DNA of 64,000 nucleotides. Source: Candidatus Bathyarchaeia archaeon. Its GTDB lineage: Archaea > Thermoproteota > CALKCG01 > B24. Location: contig JAVZJD010000002.1 of the NCBI GenBank assembly GCA_038870975.1, forward strand, positions 352,001-416,000. Direction: 5' to 3'. A program made the position numbers and the translations under genes. The notes under the pieces were generated by a model. The model was not told the DNA's origin. It did no database searches and saw only the letters and a list, made by a program, of their open reading frames with translations. Shown piece by piece: positions 11,046-20,176 of the stretch (positions within the stretch are counted from its first letter, which is position 1; every line of letters begins with the position of its first letter).

Positions 11046-12141
11046 TTTCAGACATCCTCCTTGCCATTGGATAACTCCCCAAAACTTTTAGAAAACTAGC
11101 TCTAACCTCAAGTTCACTTATAGCTTCACGTACATGTGTGTCGTTCCTATGCCCCTCCATATCCATGTAGAATACGTAGTCCCAGGGTTTACCTCTAGTA
11201 GGCCTAGACTCTATCTTAGTCAGATTTACGCCTTTTAAAGCAAACGGCTCTAACGCCTTGTAAAGTGCTCCTGGTTTATTTGGAACGGAAAATATGAGTG
11301 AAGTTTTATCAAAACCAGTAGGAGGGTGCTCTTTTAAACTCAAAATGATGAACCTCGTGTAATTGTCATGGTAGTCTTGTATGGACCTAGCCAAAATATC
11401 CAACCCATATATGGAAGCTGTATACTCTGATGCTATAGCAGCAGCCCCACGCAAGTTCTTTACTATTTCAGCCGCTCTAGAAGTACTGTTCACTTCTACT
11501 ACTTCAGCTTGGGGCACTACTGTTTCAAGAAATGATCTACACTGAGCTATAGCTTGAGGATGTGAAAAGACAACCCTTATATCTTCTATTGTAGAACCTG
11601 CCCCGGCTAGTAAACAGTGATCTATTCTAAGCTCCACCTCACCGTAGATCTTTAGAGGTGTATCCAAGAGAATATCAAGTGTAGTATTCACAGAGCCTTC
11701 GATAGAATTTTCAATAGGGACAATTCCCATGTCTACCTCGCCAGCTTCAACGCTTCGGAAGACTTCACGTATAGTTGATTTAGCTACATACTGTACGTTA
11801 GCTTCATTCATAAACTTTCTAGCAGCCAGTTCTGTAAATGAGCCTTTAGGACCTAAATACGCTATACTGATGTCGCGATAAGAAGACGTTGATAAACCTA
11901 TTATCCTCTTGAAAATCTCCTCAGTAAGAATTGGATCTAGTTCGAGATTTATAGCTTTGGTTCTTACTGTTTCTAGGATTTCCCTCTCGCGTTTAGCATC
12001 CTTAAATGGTAAACTCAATTTCTTCTTAGTTTCCAGAATTCTTTTAACCAGTTCAGACCGTTCCTTTAGAAGCTTAAGCAATTCAAAATCTACTTGATCT
12101 ATACGTTTTCTCAATTCTTCTATTTCCAAGAGAAGTTTCAC
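11038..12141 (-). CDS. pheA: Chorismate mutase / prephenate dehydratase (P-protein)
   Basis: N-terminal CM (LRKRIDQVD), LGPKGSFT, PIENSIEG, SHPQAIAQC, NYTRF, ACT domain KIESRP. Confidence 0.95.
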   Translation of the reverse strand: MKLLLEIEELRKRIDQVDFELLKLLKERSELVKRILETKKKLSLPFKDAKREREILETVRTKAINLELDPILTEEIFKRIIGLSTSSYRDISIAYLGPKGSFTELAARKFMNEANVQYVAKSTIREVFRSVEAGEVDMGIVPIENSIEGSVNTTLDILLDTPLKIYGEVELRIDHCLLAGAGSTIEDIRVVFSHPQAIAQCRSFLETVVPQAEVVEVNSTSRAAEIVKNLRGAAAIASEYTASIYGLDILARSIQDYHDNYTRFIILSLKEHPPTGFDKTSLIFSVPNKPGALYKALEPFALKGVNLTKIESRPTRGKPWDYVFYMDMEGHRNDTHVREAISELEVRASFLKVLGSYPMARRMSESA

Positions 12142-12154
12142 CTAAGCAAGTGGC

Positions 12155-13276
12155 TTATACATTTTCTCTTAAAGCATTCTCAAAAACTTTTGGTATAAGT
12201 CCTAATGTCAAGCAGTGGTCTGCTATTACAAATGCTAGACAGGCTTCAACAATCGGCACTGCACGGGGTACTATACAGGGGTCATGTCTACCCTTAATCT
12301 CTATATATGTATCCTCTTTCCTAATAAGGTCGACAGTCTTTTGTCTCTTAGGTATTGAAGGGGTTGGTTTGAAAGTTACCCTAACTACTATGGGCATCCC
12401 GTTGGACAAACCTCCTAGAATACCACCTGAATTATTTGTTATAGTCTCCACTCTACCATTTCTATAGACATACTGGTCGTTGAATTCAGAGCCCATCATA
12501 TATGCAGCTCTAACACCAGCTCCAAATTCCACAGCTTTAACTGCTGGAATATTGAACAATAATTGGGCGATATCTCCATCAAGGCTTCCGAATAATGGAT
12601 CTCCTAATCCAACTGGAACGTTAAACGCTAAGCCTTCAACAACACCTCCAATACTGTCCGATTTTGCAGCAACCTCTAGTATAACCTGCTCCATTTCTTT
12701 AGACACCTCCTGATCTACGCATCTGACGCGGCTTGTATAGACTTTGGTTTTAAGCTCTTCTAGACTTACTTCTCTCTCAAGCTTAACATGCCCTATCTGG
12801 ACTGTATGCGCGTAAACTTGGATGCCTATCATTGAGAGTAGTTTTTTAGCCACAGCTCCAGCCATGACATATGCTACGGTCATGCGTCCTGAGAACATCC
12901 CCCCACCCCTATAGTCATTAAAGCCCCCGTATCTTATGAAAGCCGGATAATCAGCGTGACTAGGTCTAGGTTTAAACTTGAATTCTTCATAGACAGCTGG
13001 GTCTACATCTAAATTCCTCACGATCATACACAATGGCGCTCCAGTTGTACGTCCCCTGAATACTCCAGATTTAAACTCGACTTTATCTACTTCTGCTCTA
13101 AGAGTAGACAATTCACTAATAGGCCTCCTCTTATCAACTTCTCTTTGAACATCCTCAAGGCTTAGAGGTAGCCCAGCTGGACAGCCATCTAAGACAACTC
13201 CCACAACTTCACCGTGACTTTCTCCAAAAACCGTCATTACAAGACTACGTCCTATGGAATTCAAACAGTGCACCAT
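12155..13276 (-). CDS. aroC: Chorismate synthase
   Basis: GESHG, RPSHAD, GGILGG, FKPTPSI, GRHDPC. Confidence 0.97.
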   Translation of the reverse strand: MVHCLNSIGRSLVMTVFGESHGEVVGVVLDGCPAGLPLSLEDVQREVDKRRPISELSTLRAEVDKVEFKSGVFRGRTTGAPLCMIVRNLDVDPAVYEEFKFKPRPSHADYPAFIRYGGFNDYRGGGMFSGRMTVAYVMAGAVAKKLLSMIGIQVYAHTVQIGHVKLEREVSLEELKTKVYTSRVRCVDQEVSKEMEQVILEVAAKSDSIGGVVEGLAFNVPVGLGDPLFGSLDGDIAQLLFNIPAVKAVEFGAGVRAAYMMGSEFNDQYVYRNGRVETITNNSGGILGGLSNGMPIVVRVTFKPTPSIPKRQKTVDLIRKEDTYIEIKGRHDPCIVPRAVPIVEACLAFVIADHCLTLGLIPKVFENALRENV

Positions 13277-13292
13277 AATTTCTACGAGGTGG

Positions 13293-13331
13293 GAGATATT
13301 TAGACTCTTCTGTGAGGAAGATAAATATCTC
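13293..13331. promoter_or_regulatory. Inverted repeat in the divergent aroC / MEMO1 promoter region
   Basis: GAGATATTTA (13293-13302) and TAAATATCTC (13322-13331) are exact reverse complements, with an inner TCTTC/GAAGA pair. Confidence 0.5.
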
Positions 13332-13365
13332 AGTCTAGCTCTACAATATTTAGAGGTGATGGCCT

Positions 13366-14220
13366 TTCAAAATCAGATATCCCGCTCAAGCTGGAGCATT
13401 TTACAGTGGGAGCCGTGACGGACTGATTAAGCAAATAGAAGAGTGTTTTAAGCATAAGCTTGGACCTGGATACCTGCCTAAAGTCAGATCTATTGGTGAA
13501 GGAGAGAGAAAGATCTGTGGATTAGTATCGCCTCACGCAGGGTATATGTATTCTGGACCTGTTGCAGCACATGGATATTGTAAACTTGCTGAGGATGGCA
13601 CCCCCAATGTCTTTGTAATACTGGGCCCCAACCATACTGGATTGGGGAGTGGTATTTCCATATACCCATTTGAGGGAATTTGGAGGACACCGCTTGGAAA
13701 CGTTGAAGTAGATTCTCAAACATGTAAGAAAATAGTTGAAGCTTCAGATTTAATAGATATCGATGAAAGAGCGCATTCATATGAGCATTCAATTGAAGTG
13801 CAGATTCCATTTCTCCAATACCTCTATGGATCTCCCAGAATAGTACCAATATGTATGCTCATGCAAGACCTTGAGACTTCTAGGGAGCTTGGAGAAGCTT
13901 TAGCCACAGCTCTTAAAAATATTGATGCTGTCATAATAGCTTCTACAGATTTAAACCACTACGAGCCTCACGAAAGAACTATTAGGAAAGATAGGCTCGT
14001 CATAGATGCCATTCTTAAAATGGATGAAGAGGCTTTATTTAAAGCCGTAGATGAAGGTGTCAGTATGTGTGGACCTGGCCCTGTAGCCACGATGATCGTA
14101 GCGTTAAAAACACTCGGAAATATTAAAACGACACTTCTAAGCCATAGGACGAGCGGAGATATAACTGGAGACTACTCGGCTGTTGTAGGATATGCTTCCA
14201 TAGTCTTTGAGCGTGTTTAA
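13366..14220 (+). CDS. MEMO1 / AmmeMemoRadiSam protein B family
   Basis: Frame stays open upstream of the track start: KIRYPAQAGAFY...SPHAGYMYSG; also GPNHTG, EHSIEVQIPFLQ, STDLNHY, SMCGPGP, VVGY. Start codon unresolved. Confidence 0.88.
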   Translation, partial: FKIRYPAQAGAFYSGSRDGLIKQIEECFKHKLGPGYLPKVRSIGEGERKICGLVSPHAGYMYSGPVAAHGYCKLAEDGTPNVFVILGPNHTGLGSGISIYPFEGIWRTPLGNVEVDSQTCKKIVEASDLIDIDERAHSYEHSIEVQIPFLQYLYGSPRIVPICMLMQDLETSRELGEALATALKNIDAVIIASTDLNHYEPHERTIRKDRLVIDAILKMDEEALFKAVDEGVSMCGPGPVATMIVALKTLGNIKTTLLSHRTSGDITGDYSAVVGYASIVFERV

Positions 14221-15130
14221 AATGAAAAGCTACTGTAAAGCCTCTGCACCTGGTAAAGTAATACTTTTCGGAGAACACTTCGTGGTGTATGGGGAGCCGG
14301 CTATAGCTGTAGCGATTGACCTTAGAGTTAAAGTAACGGCATATAAGTCTCAAACCACTTTCATTGAAGGCTTTAGAACTACTCTAGTCGATAAGGCACT
14401 AGCCGTCGCCCTAAAAGCTGTAAGCTCGAAGAGAGAGGATGTCCACGTGAAAATAGAGTCTAACTTGCCAATATCGGTTGGGTTAGGTTCTTCAGCAGCT
14501 ACCGCCTCAGCCATCATAGCCGCGATAGCTGGTCTATTCGAAGTTAAACTATCTAAAGATGAACTTTTCAAAATGACCCTAGAATGTGAAAAAACTGTGC
14601 ATGTAAATCCTTCAGGCATAGATCCAGCTGTAGCGGTAAACGGTGGAGCCATACTATATCAACGTGGAGTAGGAGCTAAACCAGTGAAACTATTGGAAGA
14701 TTTTACGCTCGTCGTGGGGAATACTGGAGAAAGGAGATCTACAGGGGTTATGGTTGAAAAGGTTAGAGCTTTTGCTGAGAAGAGGACGGATGTAATGGAG
14801 CGCCTTAGGAAGACCTACTTATCCACTGTTTTAAGAGCATTAAAGGCACTTGAAGAGGGGGATCTTGAAGAATTGGGGTTGCTTATGAATGTAAACCACG
14901 GCCTACTCGAAGCCCTGGGTGTTTCAAATTTCAAACTTAATAAACTCGTGTATGCATCTAGGGAGGCTGGAGCTTTAGGGGCTAAAATGACTGGGGGTGG
15001 AGGAGGAGGATGTATGGTAGCCCTAGTGCCTAAGGAGAGATTAAAATTCGTTGTAGAAGGTATAAAACAGGCTGGAGGAGAACCCATAGTTGCTCCAGTG
15101 TCTAGAATTGGTGTGACTTATGAAGATTGA
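14207..15130 (+). CDS. mvk: Mevalonate kinase
   Basis: APGKVILFGEHFVVYG, PISVGLGSSAA, SGID, KMTGGGGGGC. Confidence 0.95.
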   Translation: MSVFKMKSYCKASAPGKVILFGEHFVVYGEPAIAVAIDLRVKVTAYKSQTTFIEGFRTTLVDKALAVALKAVSSKREDVHVKIESNLPISVGLGSSAATASAIIAAIAGLFEVKLSKDELFKMTLECEKTVHVNPSGIDPAVAVNGGAILYQRGVGAKPVKLLEDFTLVVGNTGERRSTGVMVEKVRAFAEKRTDVMERLRKTYLSTVLRALKALEEGDLEELGLLMNVNHGLLEALGVSNFKLNKLVYASREAGALGAKMTGGGGGGCMVALVPKERLKFVVEGIKQAGGEPIVAPVSRIGVTYED

Positions 15131-15917
15131 GGCTATAATTAAACTCGGCGGTAGTGTTATAACAGTTAAAGACAGGTTTATGGCTGTTAACCGTAAAGCT
15201 TTAAACAGGCTTGCACATGAAATTTCAGCCTCAAGCTTGGAAAGAGTCGTTATAGTGCATGGAGGGGGGTCTTTCGGACATCCCCTAGCTTTAAAATACG
15301 GGTTGAACAAAGAGTTTACAGGGTTGGAAGAACAGATCGCAGGTTTCTCTATAACGCATAGAGCTATGCTTAAACTTAACGAAAAAGTTCTGGAGGCATT
15401 AGAACGTAGGGGTTTAAAAGTTGTTCCCTTACCGCCCATAGCTTTCGCAACACTTGCATTGGGCAATTTAAAAAGTCTCTTCTACGAACCTTTTATCAAT
15501 GCTTTAAAAATGGGTTTAATACCGGTAACATTTGGTGATGTTGCATTCGACCTTTATAGGGGTTTCTCAATAATCTCTGGAGATTTGCTTATGTCTAAGC
15601 TCTCATGTAAACTTAAACCTTTAAAAGCCGTCTTTACAATCGACGTCGATGGATTATATACGGATAACCCTAAGTACAACCCCGAAGCGCAACTTGTAAC
15701 TGAGGCTACGGTTGATGAAGTAGATGCCCTTATAAGGCGATTGAGCTTTAAATCGTCTGATGCTACTGGTGGAATGTGGTTCAAACTCGAACGTGCATGT
15801 GAAATAGCTCGCATGGGTGTGGATGTCTATATAATCAGTGGATTAAAACCCGGGAGGCTTTTTAAAGTTCTTAAGGGTGAGAAAGTTATGGGTACAGTGA
15901 TAAAAGGTGTTCAATAG
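15120..15917 (+). CDS. ipk: Isopentenyl phosphate kinase
   Basis: KLGGSVIT, HGGGSFGH, SGD, DVDG, DATGGM; lies between mvk and fni. Confidence 0.93.
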   Translation: MKIEAIIKLGGSVITVKDRFMAVNRKALNRLAHEISASSLERVVIVHGGGSFGHPLALKYGLNKEFTGLEEQIAGFSITHRAMLKLNEKVLEALERRGLKVVPLPPIAFATLALGNLKSLFYEPFINALKMGLIPVTFGDVAFDLYRGFSIISGDLLMSKLSCKLKPLKAVFTIDVDGLYTDNPKYNPEAQLVTEATVDEVDALIRRLSFKSSDATGGMWFKLERACEIARMGVDVYIISGLKPGRLFKVLKGEKVMGTVIKGVQ

Positions 15918-17011
15918 TGGATTCCATAGGTAGAAGGAAGAACGACCATATACGCATCTGTTCCGAGAAAGAAGTTGAGGCGAAAACAATTACTCCTGGC
16001 TTTGAAAACGTGCACTTAATACATAGATGTATACCAGAAATAGACTTTGAAAAAATAGACCTTTCCGTTAAATTTCTAGGCTTCAATTTTAAAGCTCCAA
16101 TAATGATTTCAGCTATGACTGGCGGAACAGCTGAAGCTACTAAGATAAACGCCAACTTAGCTAAAGCCGCTGGAGAACTTGGGATAGGTATGTGTCTTGG
16201 GAGTGGAAGAGTATGTCTTAAAAATCCAAGTTCCATACAATCTTTTAAGATAGCAAGAGAGAATGCAGAAAAGGCATTTATTTCAGCTAATATAGGTTTT
16301 CAGGAGCTTTTAACACATTCATATGGTGAATTGAAAAAATTGGTTGAAATACTTGATGCAAATGCTCTAACTGTCCATTTAAATCCTCTTCATGAACTCC
16401 TCCAACATGAAGGTTCAGGAATTTTTAAGGGAATTTTGAATAGACTCAGGGAATTGAAATTGAACCTTGAATGCCCTTTGATAGTTAAAGAGGTCGGGTC
16501 CGGTATATGTAGAGAAGACGCTAAACTTTTAGCATCTACGGGTATCGACGCACTTGAAACCTCTGGAGCGGGTGGGACAAGTTGGGCTGGTGTAGAGTAC
16601 TATAGAAACATAGAGGCTGGTGAAGAAGAGAAAGCTGAACTTTCTAAAACCTTCTGGGATTGGGGTATTCCAACGGCTATATCCATACTCGAAGTGAAAT
16701 CTGTTGTAAAATTACCTTTGGTAGCTTCAGGAGGCATTCGGAGCGGTTTAGATGTTGCTAAAGCCTTAGTTTTAGGTGCAGATTTAGCTGGTTTAGCACT
16801 CCCACTACTTAAACCTGCGATAGAAAGTTGGGAGAGTGTTCTGAAAGTCTTAAGAAGAATTCGTGAGGAATTAAAGTTGGCTATGGTTTTAACAGGCTCT
16901 GAGACTATAGAAGAGCTTAAAAGCAGGCCATATGTTTTAACTGGTCTCGTTAGAGACTGGGCTGTATTTAGGAAACTGAAAATTAGGTGTGAAGAATGGC
17001 AAACCTCATGA
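15917..17011 (+). CDS. fni: Type 2 isopentenyl-diphosphate delta-isomerase
   Basis: RKNDHI, SAMTGG, HLNPLHE, KEVGSG, GAGGTSW, WGIPT, SGGIR. Confidence 0.95.
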   Translation: MDSIGRRKNDHIRICSEKEVEAKTITPGFENVHLIHRCIPEIDFEKIDLSVKFLGFNFKAPIMISAMTGGTAEATKINANLAKAAGELGIGMCLGSGRVCLKNPSSIQSFKIARENAEKAFISANIGFQELLTHSYGELKKLVEILDANALTVHLNPLHELLQHEGSGIFKGILNRLRELKLNLECPLIVKEVGSGICREDAKLLASTGIDALETSGAGGTSWAGVEYYRNIEAGEEEKAELSKTFWDWGIPTAISILEVKSVVKLPLVASGGIRSGLDVAKALVLGADLAGLALPLLKPAIESWESVLKVLRRIREELKLAMVLTGSETIEELKSRPYVLTGLVRDWAVFRKLKIRCEEWQTS

Positions 17012-18003
17012 ATGAATTATCCATAATTTCAGAGAAGGTTTCCAGGGAAATCTGTAAGGTTATCGGGGAACTTAACATTCCAGATGCCTTACGCGAATCT
17101 AGTTATCATCTTCTAAAAGCTGGTGGTAAAAGACTTAGACCGTTTGTAATTGTAAAGTCTTATGAAGCATGTGGTGGAACCGGCTCCAAGCCATATCCAG
17201 CCGCTGTGGCAGTTGAAATTCTACACACGTTCACGTTGATTCACGATGATATAATCGACCGTGATGAAACCAGAAGGGGAGTCCCGACTGTTCACATACT
17301 CTGGGGGATTCCACAAGCCATAATATCAGGCGATATGCTCTTCGCATTGGTTTATAAAATTCTTTCTAGAAATATGAGAGCTGAAGGCATTAGAGACTCC
17401 ATTATAGTGGAAGTTATCGAGAGATTTTCCGAAGCTCTGATAGACATCTGTGCGGGACAAACTATGGATATGAAACTGGCTGAGAAGCCAATACGCGGTG
17501 TAACAATTGAGGAGTATATGAGAATGATTAACCTTAAGACGGCTAGACTCTACATGGTTTCCGCAGAAATAGGCGCACTCATAGCTGAGGCTTCTCCAAA
17601 GGAGGTTGAGGCGTTGAGAAACTACGGACTGTATTCTGGTATGGCTTTCCAAATGGTCGACGATATACTTGGGGTTTCAGGCGTCGAAAAAGAGCTTGGC
17701 AAACCTGTCGGAAGCGATATAAGAGAGGGGAAAAAGACCATAGTCGTTCTCGAGGCTTTAAGTAGACTTGATGATTGGGGGAGGCGAAGACTTATGGAGG
17801 TTTTAGGTAGCCGAACTGCTTCTAAAGAGCAGATACTAGAAGCCATAAGACTCATAGAGTCTTCAGGCGCTATAGAGCATGCCAAAAAACTCGCCCATGA
17901 GTATTCTCTAAAGGCAAAAAAAGCCTTAAGTTTACTTCCCAAGACAGAAGCTAGAGACCTTCTAGAAGCTTTAACGGACTTCATAGTTGAACGGAGATAC
18001 TAG
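16996..18003 (+). CDS. Geranylgeranyl diphosphate synthase (polyprenyl synthetase)
   Basis: GGKRLRP, FTLIHDDIID..RRG, GQ, FQMVDDILG, GSDIREGKKT. Confidence 0.93.
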   Translation: MANLMNELSIISEKVSREICKVIGELNIPDALRESSYHLLKAGGKRLRPFVIVKSYEACGGTGSKPYPAAVAVEILHTFTLIHDDIIDRDETRRGVPTVHILWGIPQAIISGDMLFALVYKILSRNMRAEGIRDSIIVEVIERFSEALIDICAGQTMDMKLAEKPIRGVTIEEYMRMINLKTARLYMVSAEIGALIAEASPKEVEALRNYGLYSGMAFQMVDDILGVSGVEKELGKPVGSDIREGKKTIVVLEALSRLDDWGRRRLMEVLGSRTASKEQILEAIRLIESSGAIEHAKKLAHEYSLKAKKALSLLPKTEARDLLEALTDFIVERRY

Positions 18004-18067
18004 GACCTTCAATTGGATTAAGTTAGAGGTAAAAATTTAGAGAGCCTAATGAGGTATAGTAACTAGT

Positions 18068-19351
18068 ATGAGCCTAACACTTAAAAACGGTTTAATAGTT
18101 ACGCCAAGAGGTGTTTTGAAGGGAGACTTAGTTGTTAAAAATGGATATATTAGTAAGATAGGCGGCTCTACTGAGACTGTAGGAGACGTTTTAAATTGCA
18201 ATGGTTGCTATATAGTCCCGGGTTTTAGAGAGCAACACATGCATGACGTCAACGGTTTAACTAAATTTTTGACGGATCCGGGTAGAATAGGATGGGTTTC
18301 TAGGTCATTAGTAGCTCAAGGAGTCACAGCGTTTCACCTAGCTACCATAGCTATGCCGATTGAAGACCTTCTGGAGTACTTAGAGACTTGTAGGCTCTAC
18401 ATGGAGTCCGGTGAGAATGGTGTTGAAGGAGCTAGGTTTGAAGGTGCTTACGTAGAGGGTACCTTCATAAATGTAGAATGTGCAGGTGCTCAACCCAAGG
18501 AATACATAGTTTCCCCGGGTTCTACCGAAGCTAGGGCTATAGTTGATAGTCTTTTGAAGACTGGAGTTGTCAAATTCATGAATATAGTTCCTGATTTCGG
18601 AGTAGACCTTATCAAGTATACGGCTTCTAAAGGTATTATAGTTGGGTGTGGACATACGAAAGCTCCAGCAAAAAAGTTGGAGGAGGCCTTCAATTCTGGT
18701 TTGAAATTCATAGTCCATATAACTAATGGCGCGATGGGGCAATCTTTCAAACCTTTCAACGGTGGTGGAGCATATGAGGCAGCATTAACTCTGCCTGTAT
18801 ATGTGGAGATTATCGTAGACGGCTATCACGTAGATTTTCGCTATGTCTCAGACATTATTGAGAGGAGGATTTCTAAAAATAGATTAAATGAAATTATAGC
18901 TATAACGGATTCTGCTTTTCCGATTAGAGAAGAAGTACCTACAGGAGAATTCAAATTGTTTTCGACGATATGCTGTAAACATCCTATTGAAGATGTTCTA
19001 GTAGTAAAGGGCTATTTTGATAGAGGAGAAGTAAAACCAGCACCTCCAAATACACTTTGTTCAAGTCTACTAACTATGAATAAGGCTTTCAGAAACCTCT
19101 TAAATATGTTTACAGTTAAACATTCAGGCTTCATGATAGACGCCGATTCCAGAAGCCTAGACGAATCCGTGAGACTTACGTCAATGTTTACATCATCCAA
19201 TCAAGCTGAATTAGAGGGGTCGAAAGATAGAGGAATTATTGAAAAGGGAAAAGTTGCTGATTTAACCGTTATAAGGATTGAGGGTGAACCTGGATATTTT
19301 GATGTCGAAATTGAAGCTACAATTGTCGGTGGGAGAATTTTCGAAATATAG
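18068..19351 (+). CDS. Divergent NagA-like amidohydrolase
   Basis: PGFREQHMHD, EGTFIN, GHT, HITN, DGYHV, ITDS, GKVADL. Confidence 0.75.
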   Translation: MSLTLKNGLIVTPRGVLKGDLVVKNGYISKIGGSTETVGDVLNCNGCYIVPGFREQHMHDVNGLTKFLTDPGRIGWVSRSLVAQGVTAFHLATIAMPIEDLLEYLETCRLYMESGENGVEGARFEGAYVEGTFINVECAGAQPKEYIVSPGSTEARAIVDSLLKTGVVKFMNIVPDFGVDLIKYTASKGIIVGCGHTKAPAKKLEEAFNSGLKFIVHITNGAMGQSFKPFNGGGAYEAALTLPVYVEIIVDGYHVDFRYVSDIIERRISKNRLNEIIAITDSAFPIREEVPTGEFKLFSTICCKHPIEDVLVVKGYFDRGEVKPAPPNTLCSSLLTMNKAFRNLLNMFTVKHSGFMIDADSRSLDESVRLTSMFTSSNQAELEGSKDRGIIEKGKVADLTVIRIEGEPGYFDVEIEATIVGGRIFEI

Positions 19352-19408
19352 TTAAAAAAAGAGTTTTATTTTAAGTAGTTTAAATAGATAATCACTTGGC
19401 TGAAAATA

Positions 19409-20170
19409 TTGTCTGCCATTCGTATCAGTCGAATCGTAAGACCAACTGATTTAAGATGCATTTTAGTTGACTGTAGCTACGACATTACTCTTCAGAATTT
19501 AACGTCTCGAGTAAGCATGGATATTATCAAGAAACTAGACGGTTTAATAGTAGCAGATGCAGATGCAGTGGTCAAAAACCTACATATATTTCTGGGTAAA
19601 ACCTCGCCAACTTACATTTTAAGAGTTGAACCTGAAGTTTTAAGGTCTTCAGATCCAAAGGCTAATGTTGAAGAGACTGTTATAAAGGCATTGCAAATGA
19701 ATTTTTCAGCGATTATTTCCACGTTTACAATAGGCTTTGAAGATGAAAGTATAGACTCCAACAACATGAAGCTCATAACGATGCTTTCTGATGTTTGCTA
19801 CGACTATGGATTACCCCTCATAGTCGAATCGATGCCTTTCGGCGAAAGAGTGAGTAGCGAAAACTATGGAGAGAGCGTGGGATTGGCCGCAAGAATGGCT
19901 GAGGAGGTGGGAGCATCCATAGTAGTAGTGCCACCTCTGAAGACGCTTGAAGATTTAAAAAAGGTTAGAGAATCTATTAAAGCTCATATGCTTCTCATAG
20001 ACCCTTCATCTAAGCTCGTAGTTGAAAGAAGTCTTCGAAGTCTTCCAGAGATTTTATCCGATGCCTTTAACATTGGATTAAACGGCATAGTTCTAAGTAG
20101 CTCTCTCGCCCTTAATGAGCCAGCCAAAATTCTATTGGACATACTGTCGACTGTTCACAGTGGAGGTTGA
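19409..20170 (+). CDS. Class I (DhnA-type) aldolase-like protein, probably non-catalytic
   Basis: Colinear with the downstream aldolase (IRISRIV; YGLPLIVESMP; ARMAEEVGA) but active-site motifs are replaced. Confidence 0.65.
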   Translation: MSAIRISRIVRPTDLRCILVDCSYDITLQNLTSRVSMDIIKKLDGLIVADADAVVKNLHIFLGKTSPTYILRVEPEVLRSSDPKANVEETVIKALQMNFSAIISTFTIGFEDESIDSNNMKLITMLSDVCYDYGLPLIVESMPFGERVSSENYGESVGLAARMAEEVGASIVVVPPLKTLEDLKKVRESIKAHMLLIDPSSKLVVERSLRSLPEILSDAFNIGLNGIVLSSSLALNEPAKILLDILSTVHSGG

Positions 20171-20176
20171 TTTGAA

